A stretch of 63,955 nt of DNA, the filler included, from Collodictyon triciliatum (lineage: Eukaryota): NCBI GenBank assembly GCA_043381765.1. It is 6 parts of 6 records of this genome, joined end to end, with 100 filler letters (N's around TTAATTAATTAA, not from the genome) between each part and the next. Parts side by side here need not be neighbours in the genome. Positions count along the whole stretch, not along the records: positions 1 to 21,703 come from JBHJMP010000732.1; positions 21,804 to 41,470 come from JBHJMP010000733.1; 4 more parts are not named here. The stretch is one strand, 5' to 3'. The notes below the pieces were generated by a model, which did not search any database, was not told the DNA's origin, and saw only the letters and a list, made by a program, of their open reading frames with translations. Positions 18,529-34,026 of this stretch are shown one piece after another (position 1 is the first letter of the stretch; each line of letters opens with the position of its first letter). The translations under genes and the position numbers were made by a program.

Positions 18529-20753
18529 ACTGGGATAACCTTTTGTTTTTAAAACACTACAGAGCAAGCTGGAAAATGATGTTGAGCAACAAAAAGTATC
18601 AAACTTTAAAATAGGCTGATTCCATTTATATTAAAAATGTTTTCATTCTAATGTCAGGTGTATGTGGCTCTATGATAACCATTTACTTATATAACAAAAA
18701 GGTCACATCGACACTATCTTCAGTTTTAACCCCCCTGAAAGATCGACAAGCTAGATTTACTACTGAGCCAACCAGAAACCAGCAAGCCGGTTCTCAGGGA
18801 TTTGTGACAAAAAACCAACTATCCACTCAGCAGCAAACTCAGCAGCAAACCCAACAAACGACCCAACAAACAACCCAACAAACAGCCCAACAAACAACTC
18901 AACAAACAACTCAACAAACAACTCAACAAACAACTCAACAAACAACTCAACAAACAGCCCAACAAACAGCCCAACAAACAGCCCAACAAACAACTCAACA
19001 AACAACTCAACAAATAGCCCAACAACAATCACAAGAATCAGCCCAACAAACAGCTCAACAGACAGCTCAACAGACAGCTCAACAGACAGCTCAACAGACA
19101 GCTCAACAAACAGCTCAACAAACAGCTCAACAAACAGCTCAACAAACAGCTCAACAAACAGCTCAACAAACACAGCACATTACTCAACCACTAATCAGAC
19201 AAGCACCCACACCGATGCAGTTTGAAAGTACCCTTGACCCTCAACAGCAGATTGCAAAGGCCGGCATAACTGAGGAGGCTGGAACATCCACTTCTCAAAA
19301 CATACCACCGATAAAAGTAAGCCAAACACCAAGCCAAAAAGTAACTCTTCACCAAAATATCCAAAGCAACAAGCAACAAACTCAACAGCAACAAACTCAA
19401 CAGCAACAAACTCAACAGCCACAAACTCAACAACCACAACAACCACAACAATCGCAACAATCACAACAATCACAACAATCACAACAATCACAACAATCAC
19501 AACAATCACAACAACTACAACAGAATAAACTTAGCCAACAAAGCACTGGGCAAGGACGCGGAAGAGGAGCTGCAATATCGGTATTGAATAATATGCAAAT
19601 AAGAATATATAAATCAAATCATAAAGGAAAATATCATTCAATAGAAACGTGGACGAGGGGCTATAACAGGAACTGGAAGAGGCCAATCGGGTATTTCTTC
19701 GGCATATTTTGAATAATAGAATATTTCCTATGTATTCAGCATAATGATTTACTCTCACACATAGTAATCAGTTGCTTTTTTAACCCAAAGTGTTATTAAT
19801 TTGATTTTGTATGAAAACTTTAGAATTGAATACTCTTGAAATCCTCCCAGCTTAATTATTTGTGCACAACAAATCACCTTTATATACATGTTAAGAAAGA
19901 TAATGATAAACAAATATAGCTCAAAATAACCGCACAAACGTGTCAGACGAAAAGATAGTAACTGCACAAAGCACATCAACAACAAAAGATGTGCCTAATG
20001 TGAACATGGAAGGTAAATCTCTTCTTATCCATTCAACCGTTGGGCTTTATTAAACATATTTATCTACTAATAGAAGCCGCCACCAAGAGTGAAAGAAGGC
20101 CATTGGAACCAACTTTGGGTAGTGACGTTGAAACAAGCTCTAAAAAATTGCGCCCGGGCACTACAGGCCAAGATACCTCAGAACCTGCTCAAGTCAGACA
20201 CTCCCCATCAACCATCCCTGTGCCATCGACATCACTGACTCAAGCAATATCTCGAAGCCCGTCTCTACAAGCGCAGACCACAATTAAGAGCTTCAACCCT
20301 ACTGCGGTCCCTTTGTCTCAAACTAGTCAAGGAAAGCCTCAGCGCTCAATCGTTCGACCTGAAATTAGGTGCGCCTACCAGAATCGTTTTTTATCGCCAC
20401 AATATCATCTCTTTTTTTCACGCGCTCAATAACATAAAACAAAATAAATAAATAAATAAATAAATAAACTAACATCCCAATTTACTATTGCCTTGAATTT
20501 AGCTTGTTACCTAAGCTAGAAGGCTCAACGGCCCAGAATGAGAAGCAAATCGGTAAATCAGATTCAATCATCAATATAAGTATACTTTGTACTCCTATTA
20601 TAATATCACTTGACTCAATCTTCACTTATATTACGATTAGATCCAAAGGAATAAATTACTGTGCTTTAGCACTCAAACCAAGCGTAGCTTAAGATATATT
20701 CTTACTTTTCAGAATGCACCAAACCAGTAACTTTGAACCACATAAATACATAA
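6342..20753 (+). CDS. TPR: Nuclear basket nucleoporin TPR/Mlp1/NUA-like giant coiled-coil protein, >50 exons, spans three N gaps
   Basis: Dozens of short exons encode heptad coiled coil. Spliced segment LRAENETLR...LEESVEKWRIRANDILIKYNQVDPSDFEEMKRLE matches the conserved TPR/Mlp 'W-x-x-R...KY...VDP' region. Low-complexity C-terminus with RGRG motifs. Start MSDQADERE at 6342. Last exon uncertain (stop at 20654 or 20753). Confidence 0.75.
10074..10200. repeat. Intronic (TTTC)n microsatellite; reverse-complement versions at about 37340-37440 and 53318-53648
   Basis: Directly visible. Confidence 0.95.
18298..18526. repeat. Intronic (GT)n microsatellite interrupted by an N gap; another at about 41416-41470
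   Basis: Directly visible. Confidence 0.95.
18822..19520 (+). repeat. Coding tandem repeats in the TPR-like gene: 12-bp QQT(T/A), 15-bp QQQTQ, 9-bp QQS
   Basis: CAACAAACAACT/CAACAAACAGCT/CAACAGACAGCT array at about 18840-19170; CAACAGCAACAAACT and CAACAATCA arrays at about 19375-19520; all in frame in ORF 18651..19712. Confidence 0.95.
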
Positions 20754-21093
20754 GGAAGAGATATAGCAATTATCCTCATATTTCATTTAATGTAGAAGGG
20801 GGGATATATTCGCGTGCCATTTTATTTTATTTTTTTATTTTTGACTTCTGCATCTCATAGAATCTTTATTTCTTTTTAAAACTCGAGTGTAGCGGACCAG
20901 AAGATGGTGATTTCATGGCCACTCAATCTAGCCGTTTTGCTTTTTCTTTCCTTTTTTTTCTCCTCATGATATACCTAGTCAGATAATGTAGCTCAAAGAG
21001 CTCATAACCTCATTATAGATGCGGTCTATTTTTTATGTAACGTTTTCTAGTCGCCTCATTCATTATATATTTTTGCACTTTATTACATGCGGG

Positions 21094-21486
21094 CTAGTCC
21101 GTAAGGTAATTTGCTATACCGCCCATGCCGTTTGGATTCGCTATGTATTGTGTGGCAATTTTTCCTATTCGCCCGGTATTTACAATCTTGGATTTATTAT
21201 GTCCACCGTTTTCATCTTCCTTTCTGTTTCGACTCAGTGAAGTGTGATGATCTTGTATCGCAGGGCAAAGAAAAAAAGCTACCTTCCTTAAGTCTTCTGT
21301 CTTCATACGAAGGGGCTTCAACTTGAAACGATGGCGCCGGAGACATGTTTATGGACAAAGCAGCTCACAAAAAAAATTAGATAGGGAAAAAATATCAATT
21401 TACCACCACGATTTCGGTCGTGGCACACAGGGAGCGATCAGGCCATCGGGCTTGTGAAAATGCCATTAGGGACGAGAGCAAACCTA
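21094..21486 (-). CDS. Possible 3' terminal exon(s) of a gene truncated at the scaffold end
   Basis: Open frame ...RKEDENGGHNKSK...GGIANYLTD* preceded by a CAG acceptor, with further GT/AG-bounded open segments up to about 21486; no homology recognised. Confidence 0.25.
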
Positions 21487-21641
21487 TACTTATTAACTCA
21501 TCTATTTATCGATCTATTTATTTGTTTGGTTGGTTGGTTGTTTGTTTGTTTGTTTTTGTTTGTTTGTTTGTTTTGTTTGTTTTGTTTGTTTGTTTTTTTG
21601 TTTGTTTTTTTGTTTGTTTTTTTTGTTTGTTTTTTTTGTTT

Positions 21642-21703
<62 letters not shown>

Positions 21704-21803
21704 NNNNNNNNNNNNNNNNNNNNNNNNNNNNNNNNNNNNNNNNNNNNTTAATTAATTAANNNNNNNNNNNNNNNNNNNNNNNNNNNNNNNNNNNNNNNNN
21801 NNN
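21704..21803. other. Artificial scaffold-joining spacer (44N-TTAATTAATTAA-44N)
   Basis: Palindromic six-frame stop linker at 21748-21759; same layout five times in the window. Confidence 0.97.
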
Positions 21804-21846
21804 AAAAATCCCGATCTTCGGCAAGTGTGATTAGAGATATGAAAAT

Positions 21847-21945
21847 GTATGTATGTATGTATGTATGTATGTATGTATGTATGTATGTATGTATGTATGT
21901 ATGTATGTATGTATGTATGTATGTATGTATGTATGTATGTATGTA
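21847..21945. repeat. (TATG)n microsatellite; also (CATA)n at about 48362-48458 and 60234-60341
   Basis: Directly visible. Confidence 0.95.
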
Positions 21946-22174
21946 TTAATAAATTAATTTGGTACCAGAATCCTTTGAAGGACGGAGGATGGTGTTCTTT
22001 CCAGGTAGTATATTTTATATCTTCATATGTGAAGGAACTAAAGCAAGTCTCAGTAGAAAGCAAGATGAAAATAAGACTTCGACAGGCTTTACAATAATAA
22101 TAATAATTCATATTGTTTTCCAGGAATACAAAAAAAAGTTCTTCCTTCTGACAATCAAATATTCAGCTTCTTGG

Positions 22175-27528
<5,354 letters not shown>

Positions 27529-28289
27529 ATCCCTGACTACTTTGAAAGAAATTGTAAGAAGGAAAAAGAAAAAGAAAAAGAAAAAGAAGAAAATAAGAGA
27601 GAGGGAAACATCTCGGATATGCCTTCAAAAGGCTTCGCACATGCTGCGTGATCACTACTAATCAAGTTGTCGGTGGCAAATCCTACTCAGCAGGCGAAAG
27701 AACACCGTGGCAAAGCCGCCGAAATGATGTTGCGATCAAGGGACATCAGAAACCAGGCTGATCAAACAAACGCGCGAGGGACACACCGCGTCTTGAACAT
27801 ACTATACACCTATACCTTTCCCATTTATTATCTGCAGCACTGCAAAGTCAGGAATCGCTGGGAACAGTTCCGAAACCAACCCCGCACGCAAAGACACACA
27901 GGAGAAAACGAGCAAATTGATCCTCAACAACCACAGAAGTACGATCGAAAGCAGGTAAAGCAACAGGCTTTCAAATGACAGCCAGAGTCATACACTCTTT
28001 CTCACTAGCGCACACACGAACACATATCCACAGCCTGGGATTATTATTATTATCATTATCGTCCTTGTCTGTGAACCTCATCCATGAGATGGTTTATGAG
28101 CGTTTGGAGGGTGAAGGCAAAAGCAGCTGAGATTCATTAGTTTAGTACTAAAATAAATCCTAATGTTTATTCTCCTTCTCGAGCTTTCCGCTCTTCTTCT
28201 TGGTCGCTTCAACCCCGCTCCTTTGTGATTAGAACGATACTGTTTTGAAGACGGCCAAGTTTCAAAAATAAGGCACATACCGAGGAATG

Positions 28290-28500
28290 AACAAAAGAAC
28301 AGAAGAACAAAAGAACAAAAGAACAAAAGAACAAAAGAACAAAAGAAACAAAGAAACAAAGAAACAAAGAAACAAAGAAACAAAGAAACAAAGAAACAAA
28401 GAAACAAAGAAACAAAGAAACAAAGAAACAAAAGAACAAAATAAAAAACAAAATAAAAAACAAAATAAAAAACAAAATGAAAAACAAAATGAAAATATGA
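28290..28500. repeat. 8-bp (AAAAGAAC/AAAGAAAC)n array followed by 12-bp (AAAATAAAAAAC)n, upstream of the 628-aa gene
   Basis: Directly visible. Confidence 0.95.
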
Positions 28501-28560
28501 CAAAAAATGACAAAAAGATATTAAACAATAAAAATAAAATCAGAAAAAAAAAGGCCCCAC

Positions 28561-30447
28561 ATGAAGATTGAACCAGCCGAGGGCGGCCAAGGCCCAAGTC
28601 TTACGTTTTCTGAGTTGTGCCGAACAAGGGCGGCTTGGACTGCACCCGAACAGATGGCCAACCACGAGGCCTATATCTACCACACAAAAGCGTTGGACCA
28701 GGAGCAAGAAAAGAGCACCAGCGAGAGAATGACAGAGGAAAAAATGCTTGCTTTCGATATTGAGTCAGGAAACCGTCTTACAGCTAGGATTCAACTCCAA
28801 GAAAAGACCAAGCTCGTAAAGAAGGCTCATACTCTACTAAGTTTGGTTATAAGAAACGAAAAAATACTTGCAATTATTGTCTATATTTCCGAGCTCCCTG
28901 TTACAAAAGCATCTTTGGTTCTGTTCTGGATACTCATGACGTTGATGAGTATACTTGTATCGTACAAAGTGCGACTGATGCCAAGTTATTTAATGCTGGT
29001 GCTCCAGATTATCTACTCAACCATTTTCATGACATTTCACTGCGCATTTATAAATGCTGATGTTGCAAAGGAGATTGCAAAATCATTCAACTTTTGGTAC
29101 ACAACATCCATGGGGATATCTACATGCATCGGAAACTTTTTCCTCTTCGGCTTCAGTATTGATATTGTTTGCACAGCTATTCACCTGTCTGCCAGCTTGT
29201 TTGCACTGATTTTCCTGGATGCAAATTCACGAAAAGGAATCATAGAGATAAAAGTGTTATGTGTACTTGCCATCATCTGGAGCTTCGTACATTTCGTTAC
29301 ACTGATTTTCTACTTGTATGACTTTAAGGTTGAAAAAATTTACTACGGAAACAGTGATATTGAAATCATGGATACGCGATTGCAATCCATCGACAGCACC
29401 ACATCTTTGTCATTCTATATATTTCGTATTCTTTTCATTCACTTTGTTTTAAAAAAGAAAACAACAATCGCATTTCTATCAGATTATTTTACAATAACAG
29501 CGGCATCACACTCTCATTTCCCAAAGAACTCTCAATCAGCACCAGTGAAAGGTGGTAAATGTCCAAACAAAAACGACATAGTCCCTGGCCACGAAGAAAT
29601 CCAACCGAAAATCGATCCAAACCCTGACATAGCCGAACCTAATAGCAAAATCATCGCTCCCTGCAGTCCTGACATCTCACTACCAGCATCCCAGATTAAT
29701 GGAGTTGATTACTCGATATATTTCTTGTTTGGAGCTACTGAAACTCAATTAATTGACTTCGACCCTCATCAAACAGTTTATCATATGATAATTGAGCAGA
29801 AATTCCCAAATGTCACCAGAATATTGCAGTCAAGCACTTTTAATGCCTTTTCACTCGTTATTTGTGCTTTTTCTTTGGCGATATCTGTGATTTTATCTGT
29901 TGGGATTCAATTACCAGTGTACGTATTCTACATATCCATACCTTTTGTGTTCCTCAGTATCCTATTCTGTATCTTACAGATAACTATCACATGCAACTTC
30001 TTTTTGTTGAAGATGATTTTGAGGTCATTTGACTACTGGTATATCATGTATCTCATGCTCAAGGCGTTCTTATCGGCTGGCATGCTTTGCCTTTGGGATT
30101 ACCGTACCATTTATTGGATTTACGTGATAATCCTTTCCTATTGGTCTATCATGATTGATACATACCACGTCAGATACAGAAAGCTCTCTGTCATATCTAT
30201 TCCAGTCGCCATCACTACATTTATACTGGCTTTCATGTGCAAACTTAATTATGGCGAAACATTTGCGACTGATTACTACATGTCAATAAAAGGAATTCGG
30301 GTGATGTCATCAAAGACAACACTGTCAACTTGCTTATTTAATATTGGCCTTTTTCTTTTACGGTTTTATTGGTCCTACCACACCGATAATTCTAGGATGT
30401 TTTTCATTACAGAGAACCTTTGTGTTGAGGACAACCTAAGCGCTTGA
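28561..30447 (+). CDS. Intronless multi-pass membrane protein with two homologous halves (628 aa)
   Basis: 628-codon ATG-TGA ORF; two hydrophobic blocks, each with an N-x6/7-SF(N/D)(F/Y)WY motif, separated by a Pro-rich soluble linker. Confidence 0.85.
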   Translation: MKIEPAEGGQGPSLTFSELCRTRAAWTAPEQMANHEAYIYHTKALDQEQEKSTSERMTEEKMLAFDIESGNRLTARIQLQEKTKLVKKAHTLLSLVIRNEKILAIIVYISELPVTKASLVLFWILMTLMSILVSYKVRLMPSYLMLVLQIIYSTIFMTFHCAFINADVAKEIAKSFNFWYTTSMGISTCIGNFFLFGFSIDIVCTAIHLSASLFALIFLDANSRKGIIEIKVLCVLAIIWSFVHFVTLIFYLYDFKVEKIYYGNSDIEIMDTRLQSIDSTTSLSFYIFRILFIHFVLKKKTTIAFLSDYFTITAASHSHFPKNSQSAPVKGGKCPNKNDIVPGHEEIQPKIDPNPDIAEPNSKIIAPCSPDISLPASQINGVDYSIYFLFGATETQLIDFDPHQTVYHMIIEQKFPNVTRILQSSTFNAFSLVICAFSLAISVILSVGIQLPVYVFYISIPFVFLSILFCILQITITCNFFLLKMILRSFDYWYIMYLMLKAFLSAGMLCLWDYRTIYWIYVIILSYWSIMIDTYHVRYRKLSVISIPVAITTFILAFMCKLNYGETFATDYYMSIKGIRVMSSKTTLSTCLFNIGLFLLRFYWSYHTDNSRMFFITENLCVEDNLSA

Positions 30448-31338
30448 TGCTTATCAGTGCAGGTTCATCTCGTTATTTATAATCTCTTTTCCATCTTTAT
30501 TTGTTCTTTTCTATTTACCTTTTTCCTTTTCATTTCTTTTTTTTTAAAAAAAAATAAAAATAAAGATTACCATGATGTTCCTCTCTCAAAACTATTCTGT
30601 GAAAGTTTTTGAAACAATTGCCGCACAATTTTATATAAAAAAAAATTGAACATGTCGACCATCCTGCTACATAGGATAATACCTGGAAATAGTCTTACAA
30701 AAAGATGACTTACTGCGTTGACATGCCTCGATGACAAGCTGCTTCTCCTGACCTCTTTACATAAATGTTGATATTATTTTCTATGTTCATCATTAACACC
30801 GAAATATTATATCATCGTTCTTGAATATCCCATTCATATTCTATGAATATATTTCTATTCTTTATAAACCCATTAAAAAATAAACATACTTACCCAAATA
30901 CTGTAATATTTTCACTCTGATTCAAAACATGACTTACAACAAAATTTCATCGCGGGTAATGAGTTACCCGTGTATTTCCTCTGGTTAATATATTATTCCG
31001 ATTTCTTTCTTTTTTATCCTTTTTTATTCTTTTTTATTCTTTTTTATTCTTTTTTATTCTTTTTTATTCTTTTTTATTCTTTTTTATTCTTTTACCGCGC
31101 AAAATTCTCCAGACAATCAACCAAAAGCTGGCCGCTGAATCAGAAGGCATCCAAACACAGCCCGCCTTCCTTTGTTTGCGAGTCAGGGGAGTACCCAGGA
31201 AACCCTTCAATAAGAAATAAATAAATAAAAAAAAAGGGGGCTCCAGCAAAGCGATATCACAGTCTTGATCACCTCCCGTTCCTCAATGCCCTCACACTCT
31301 GCCGCTTTCTCCTGCTCCTGCCATCGAGCCTGCGCCTT

Positions 31339-33609
31339 ATGCGCCTTTCAGCAGCCGGCAGACAGATGGACTTGTACGGGCGCCTTTGCCTGCAGGCCGA
31401 AGGGCTGATCAGACTGTGGGAAAGCTACGGCTCAAAAGGCGCTTTGAGACGAACACGCGTGTTAGCAGATCACCTCGGCGTCTGTCTTCCGCTCTTTGGC
31501 GTGGGCGCAGCAACGCGCTCAAACGCAGAGGCCACGGAAGCGCTTCGACTCCTCCACAAATCGCTTTCGTGGATCAGCTGCGTGGCCGCCTTCTTTGAGG
31601 AGGAAAACGAGTACGGCCACAACGCAGCGATCTGGGCCGGCTTCATCGCGCCCAGTGATCAGTTTGATCGCTTCGTGTGTGTTTTTGATCGCCTTGCTTT
31701 TGCCTTGGACCCAAACGCGCCGCCCATCGACGCAGAGTTATATCAGCAGGCTAAGATGGCAGACTACAGTCATATGGAAAAGCGTATTCGCAGGCACTTG
31801 GGTGCTGCATCTGCCCGTGGCTCGGACGTGGCGATTCTAAAGGCTGCGCTTGGCCGAATACGCCGCTTCTTGCAAGGGCACACCGGCGGGCTTGGTGAAG
31901 AAGATGGAGCTCAAGCTGATATGGCGATGCAGACGCAAAAGTGTTCTGAACAGAGAAGGAGACGCGCATCGCTTGATGTAAAGTTTTTCCCGTTGTCTGC
32001 GTTGGATAACAGCGAGACGATGGAACATAGTCACGAGAAGTCAGGCTTGTCTGTAGGGCCGTGGCGGCCGGTGGTGGAAACATCCCTTAACTCTGCTTCT
32101 TTGGTGGCAAGGCCGATGGCGCTGGATTATCAAGAAAAGGACATGGCCTGGGCAGACAGAATCGACCGCATATTAGCCCATAATTGCATGCAGATGGCCC
32201 GGTTTTCCCATCCAAACATCGCCCCTTTCTACGGGCTCTGCAAGGAAAATACACATGTCTGGCTTCTATGGGATGCAACTTGGCATGGGGACGGGGATAT
32301 GGCCGCACAAACAGGACGCAGAGTCACTCTCTACGAGCATCTCCACTCAAAATCCAAGGGAAAACTAAGCGGTCCCACCTTGACAAAGTGTATCTTACTG
32401 TGTCTCGAGCTCGTCGATGCTTTGGACTATCTCGAAAGCAATTTTTTCCCTCCTCTCTGCCCGAATTTCTTCACAAGCCACCACATCCTTATCTCGCCCA
32501 GCGGCACATTAGAGCTAATCCCGGACTATGTTGACTACGCCATTCGGCCACCCGCAGACGTTCTGAGTGAGTGCACCGCAGCTTCAGCTTGGATAGCACC
32601 CGAACACCGCCCTCTAATGCGCCCCTCAAAGGCATCCAACTCGACAGACACGCACAACAGCAAAGAAAACGAGCTTGATAATATTAAAGATATGAGCGGT
32701 TCACAAAGCTCATCGGTCTACTCCATGAGTGCTGTCCTTCTCGAGATGCTGACACTTCAAGTGCCACCCATCAACCCAAGTATGGAGTTCTTTTTAAGGC
32801 TTCCCGACAGAATCCCGATTGATTTGCGGGTGTTGCTAAAAGACGGACTTTCACAAGCGCACCACGCAAGGCCCAGTCTCCAAGAATTTCGTTTTGTCCT
32901 TATGCATCACCTCCACAAGCTTCAACTGTCTTCGGCTCCAGACATCCCACCCACGCATCCACCAGATCCGACTCCGAGCGCAAAAGAAGAGAAACTGACC
33001 CGCCTGGTGACCGAACTGGCCCAGAAGCTGGAAAAGGAGCGCAAGAAGCGAATAGACGTGGCGCAGAAGAAATCCGAGCTGGAAGGGAAGCTCAAGGAAA
33101 TCACCCAAACACTGCAGAGCCAAATAGCAGAGTCTCAACGCTACCGCAACGACGCTGTGGAGCGAAGCGTGCAAATCATTCAGCTGGAAAGGCGTCTGCA
33201 GGATTATCTCGGGCAACTCTGTGAAATGCGCTCGGTTGTTGCATCCTCGGTGGCCTCCTCGGTAGCTCCGTCTGTCACTGGTTTCTCCAGCGCAAGAAGC
33301 AGCATCGCCGACTCCGAAACAAAGTCTCTGCATTCCGTCACAAACTTGCATCCCACCCGCCCGTCGTCTCCTGTATCAAACACCGCTCCAAAGGTAAGTG
33401 CAAGAACAAAAGACAAGGCACACGCGTCATCTGCTCCGCAACAGAGCCCCGTGCGCTCATCAACTGTGAAGCAGACTCTTCCGGTTTCTCCAAGCGGGAG
33501 CAGCCGAAGTGTCGACCGCAACAAGCAGCAGACAAAGCCCGTCATTGGCCGTCCGACATCGCCGTCCACAGCCATGAAGTCGGTAAATGGTGCCCGCTCG
33601 GCCTCTTAG
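31339..33609 (+). CDS. Intronless pseudokinase: N-terminal helical bundle (MLKL-like), TKL-type kinase fold, coiled coil, S/P-rich tail (756 aa)
   Basis: Kinase scaffold motifs HPNIAPFYGLC, ALDYLE, WIAPE, VYSMSAVLLEMLT and ARPS are present. Catalytic motifs are replaced: VAxK -> LVAR, HRD -> CPN, DFG -> PDY; no Gly-rich loop. Heptad coiled coil at about aa 550-630. Confidence 0.85.
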   Translation: MRLSAAGRQMDLYGRLCLQAEGLIRLWESYGSKGALRRTRVLADHLGVCLPLFGVGAATRSNAEATEALRLLHKSLSWISCVAAFFEEENEYGHNAAIWAGFIAPSDQFDRFVCVFDRLAFALDPNAPPIDAELYQQAKMADYSHMEKRIRRHLGAASARGSDVAILKAALGRIRRFLQGHTGGLGEEDGAQADMAMQTQKCSEQRRRRASLDVKFFPLSALDNSETMEHSHEKSGLSVGPWRPVVETSLNSASLVARPMALDYQEKDMAWADRIDRILAHNCMQMARFSHPNIAPFYGLCKENTHVWLLWDATWHGDGDMAAQTGRRVTLYEHLHSKSKGKLSGPTLTKCILLCLELVDALDYLESNFFPPLCPNFFTSHHILISPSGTLELIPDYVDYAIRPPADVLSECTAASAWIAPEHRPLMRPSKASNSTDTHNSKENELDNIKDMSGSQSSSVYSMSAVLLEMLTLQVPPINPSMEFFLRLPDRIPIDLRVLLKDGLSQAHHARPSLQEFRFVLMHHLHKLQLSSAPDIPPTHPPDPTPSAKEEKLTRLVTELAQKLEKERKKRIDVAQKKSELEGKLKEITQTLQSQIAESQRYRNDAVERSVQIIQLERRLQDYLGQLCEMRSVVASSVASSVAPSVTGFSSARSSIADSETKSLHSVTNLHPTRPSSPVSNTAPKVSARTKDKAHASSAPQQSPVRSSTVKQTLPVSPSGSSRSVDRNKQQTKPVIGRPTSPSTAMKSVNGARSAS

Positions 33610-34026
33610 ACTCCTCGGGGAATTGAAGGCAGCAAGAATTCTTCCTTCTATCATGTACAAATCTTGCCTCCAACCTGCCGAAGAATCAAACAACATCACT
33701 ATTCTATCGACGGTGAGAGGAAACCTAGTTACAAGTCCCTTTCTTGGTGGGGACGGAAGATGAGGGTGTGAATATGGATGACCTTAGGTCTATCACAAGG
33801 GGAAATAATTAAACATTGTTAAAGAAAAATTGTGCAGATGGATGCGTCTGTCTGCCACGCAGATGATTTTCTTTTCCTTTTCTTCCGTTCTTTTTTGATT
33901 TTTTTGATTTTTTTGATTTTTTTGATTTTTTGATTTTTTGATTTTTTGATTTTTTGATTTTTTGATTTTCTCCCCCACATAATGCATGAGTATTATGATG
34001 AGTTGATGACTTTTATTCTCCTGTCA

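Noticed and set aside
18840-19170. CRISPR-like array
   Set aside because: Contiguous 12-bp coding repeats with no unique spacers, in a eukaryotic context.
21748-21759. Recurrent TTAATTAATTAA palindrome as a biological repeat or insertion site
   Set aside because: Always centred in exactly 44N+44N; it is a six-frame-stop concatenation linker.
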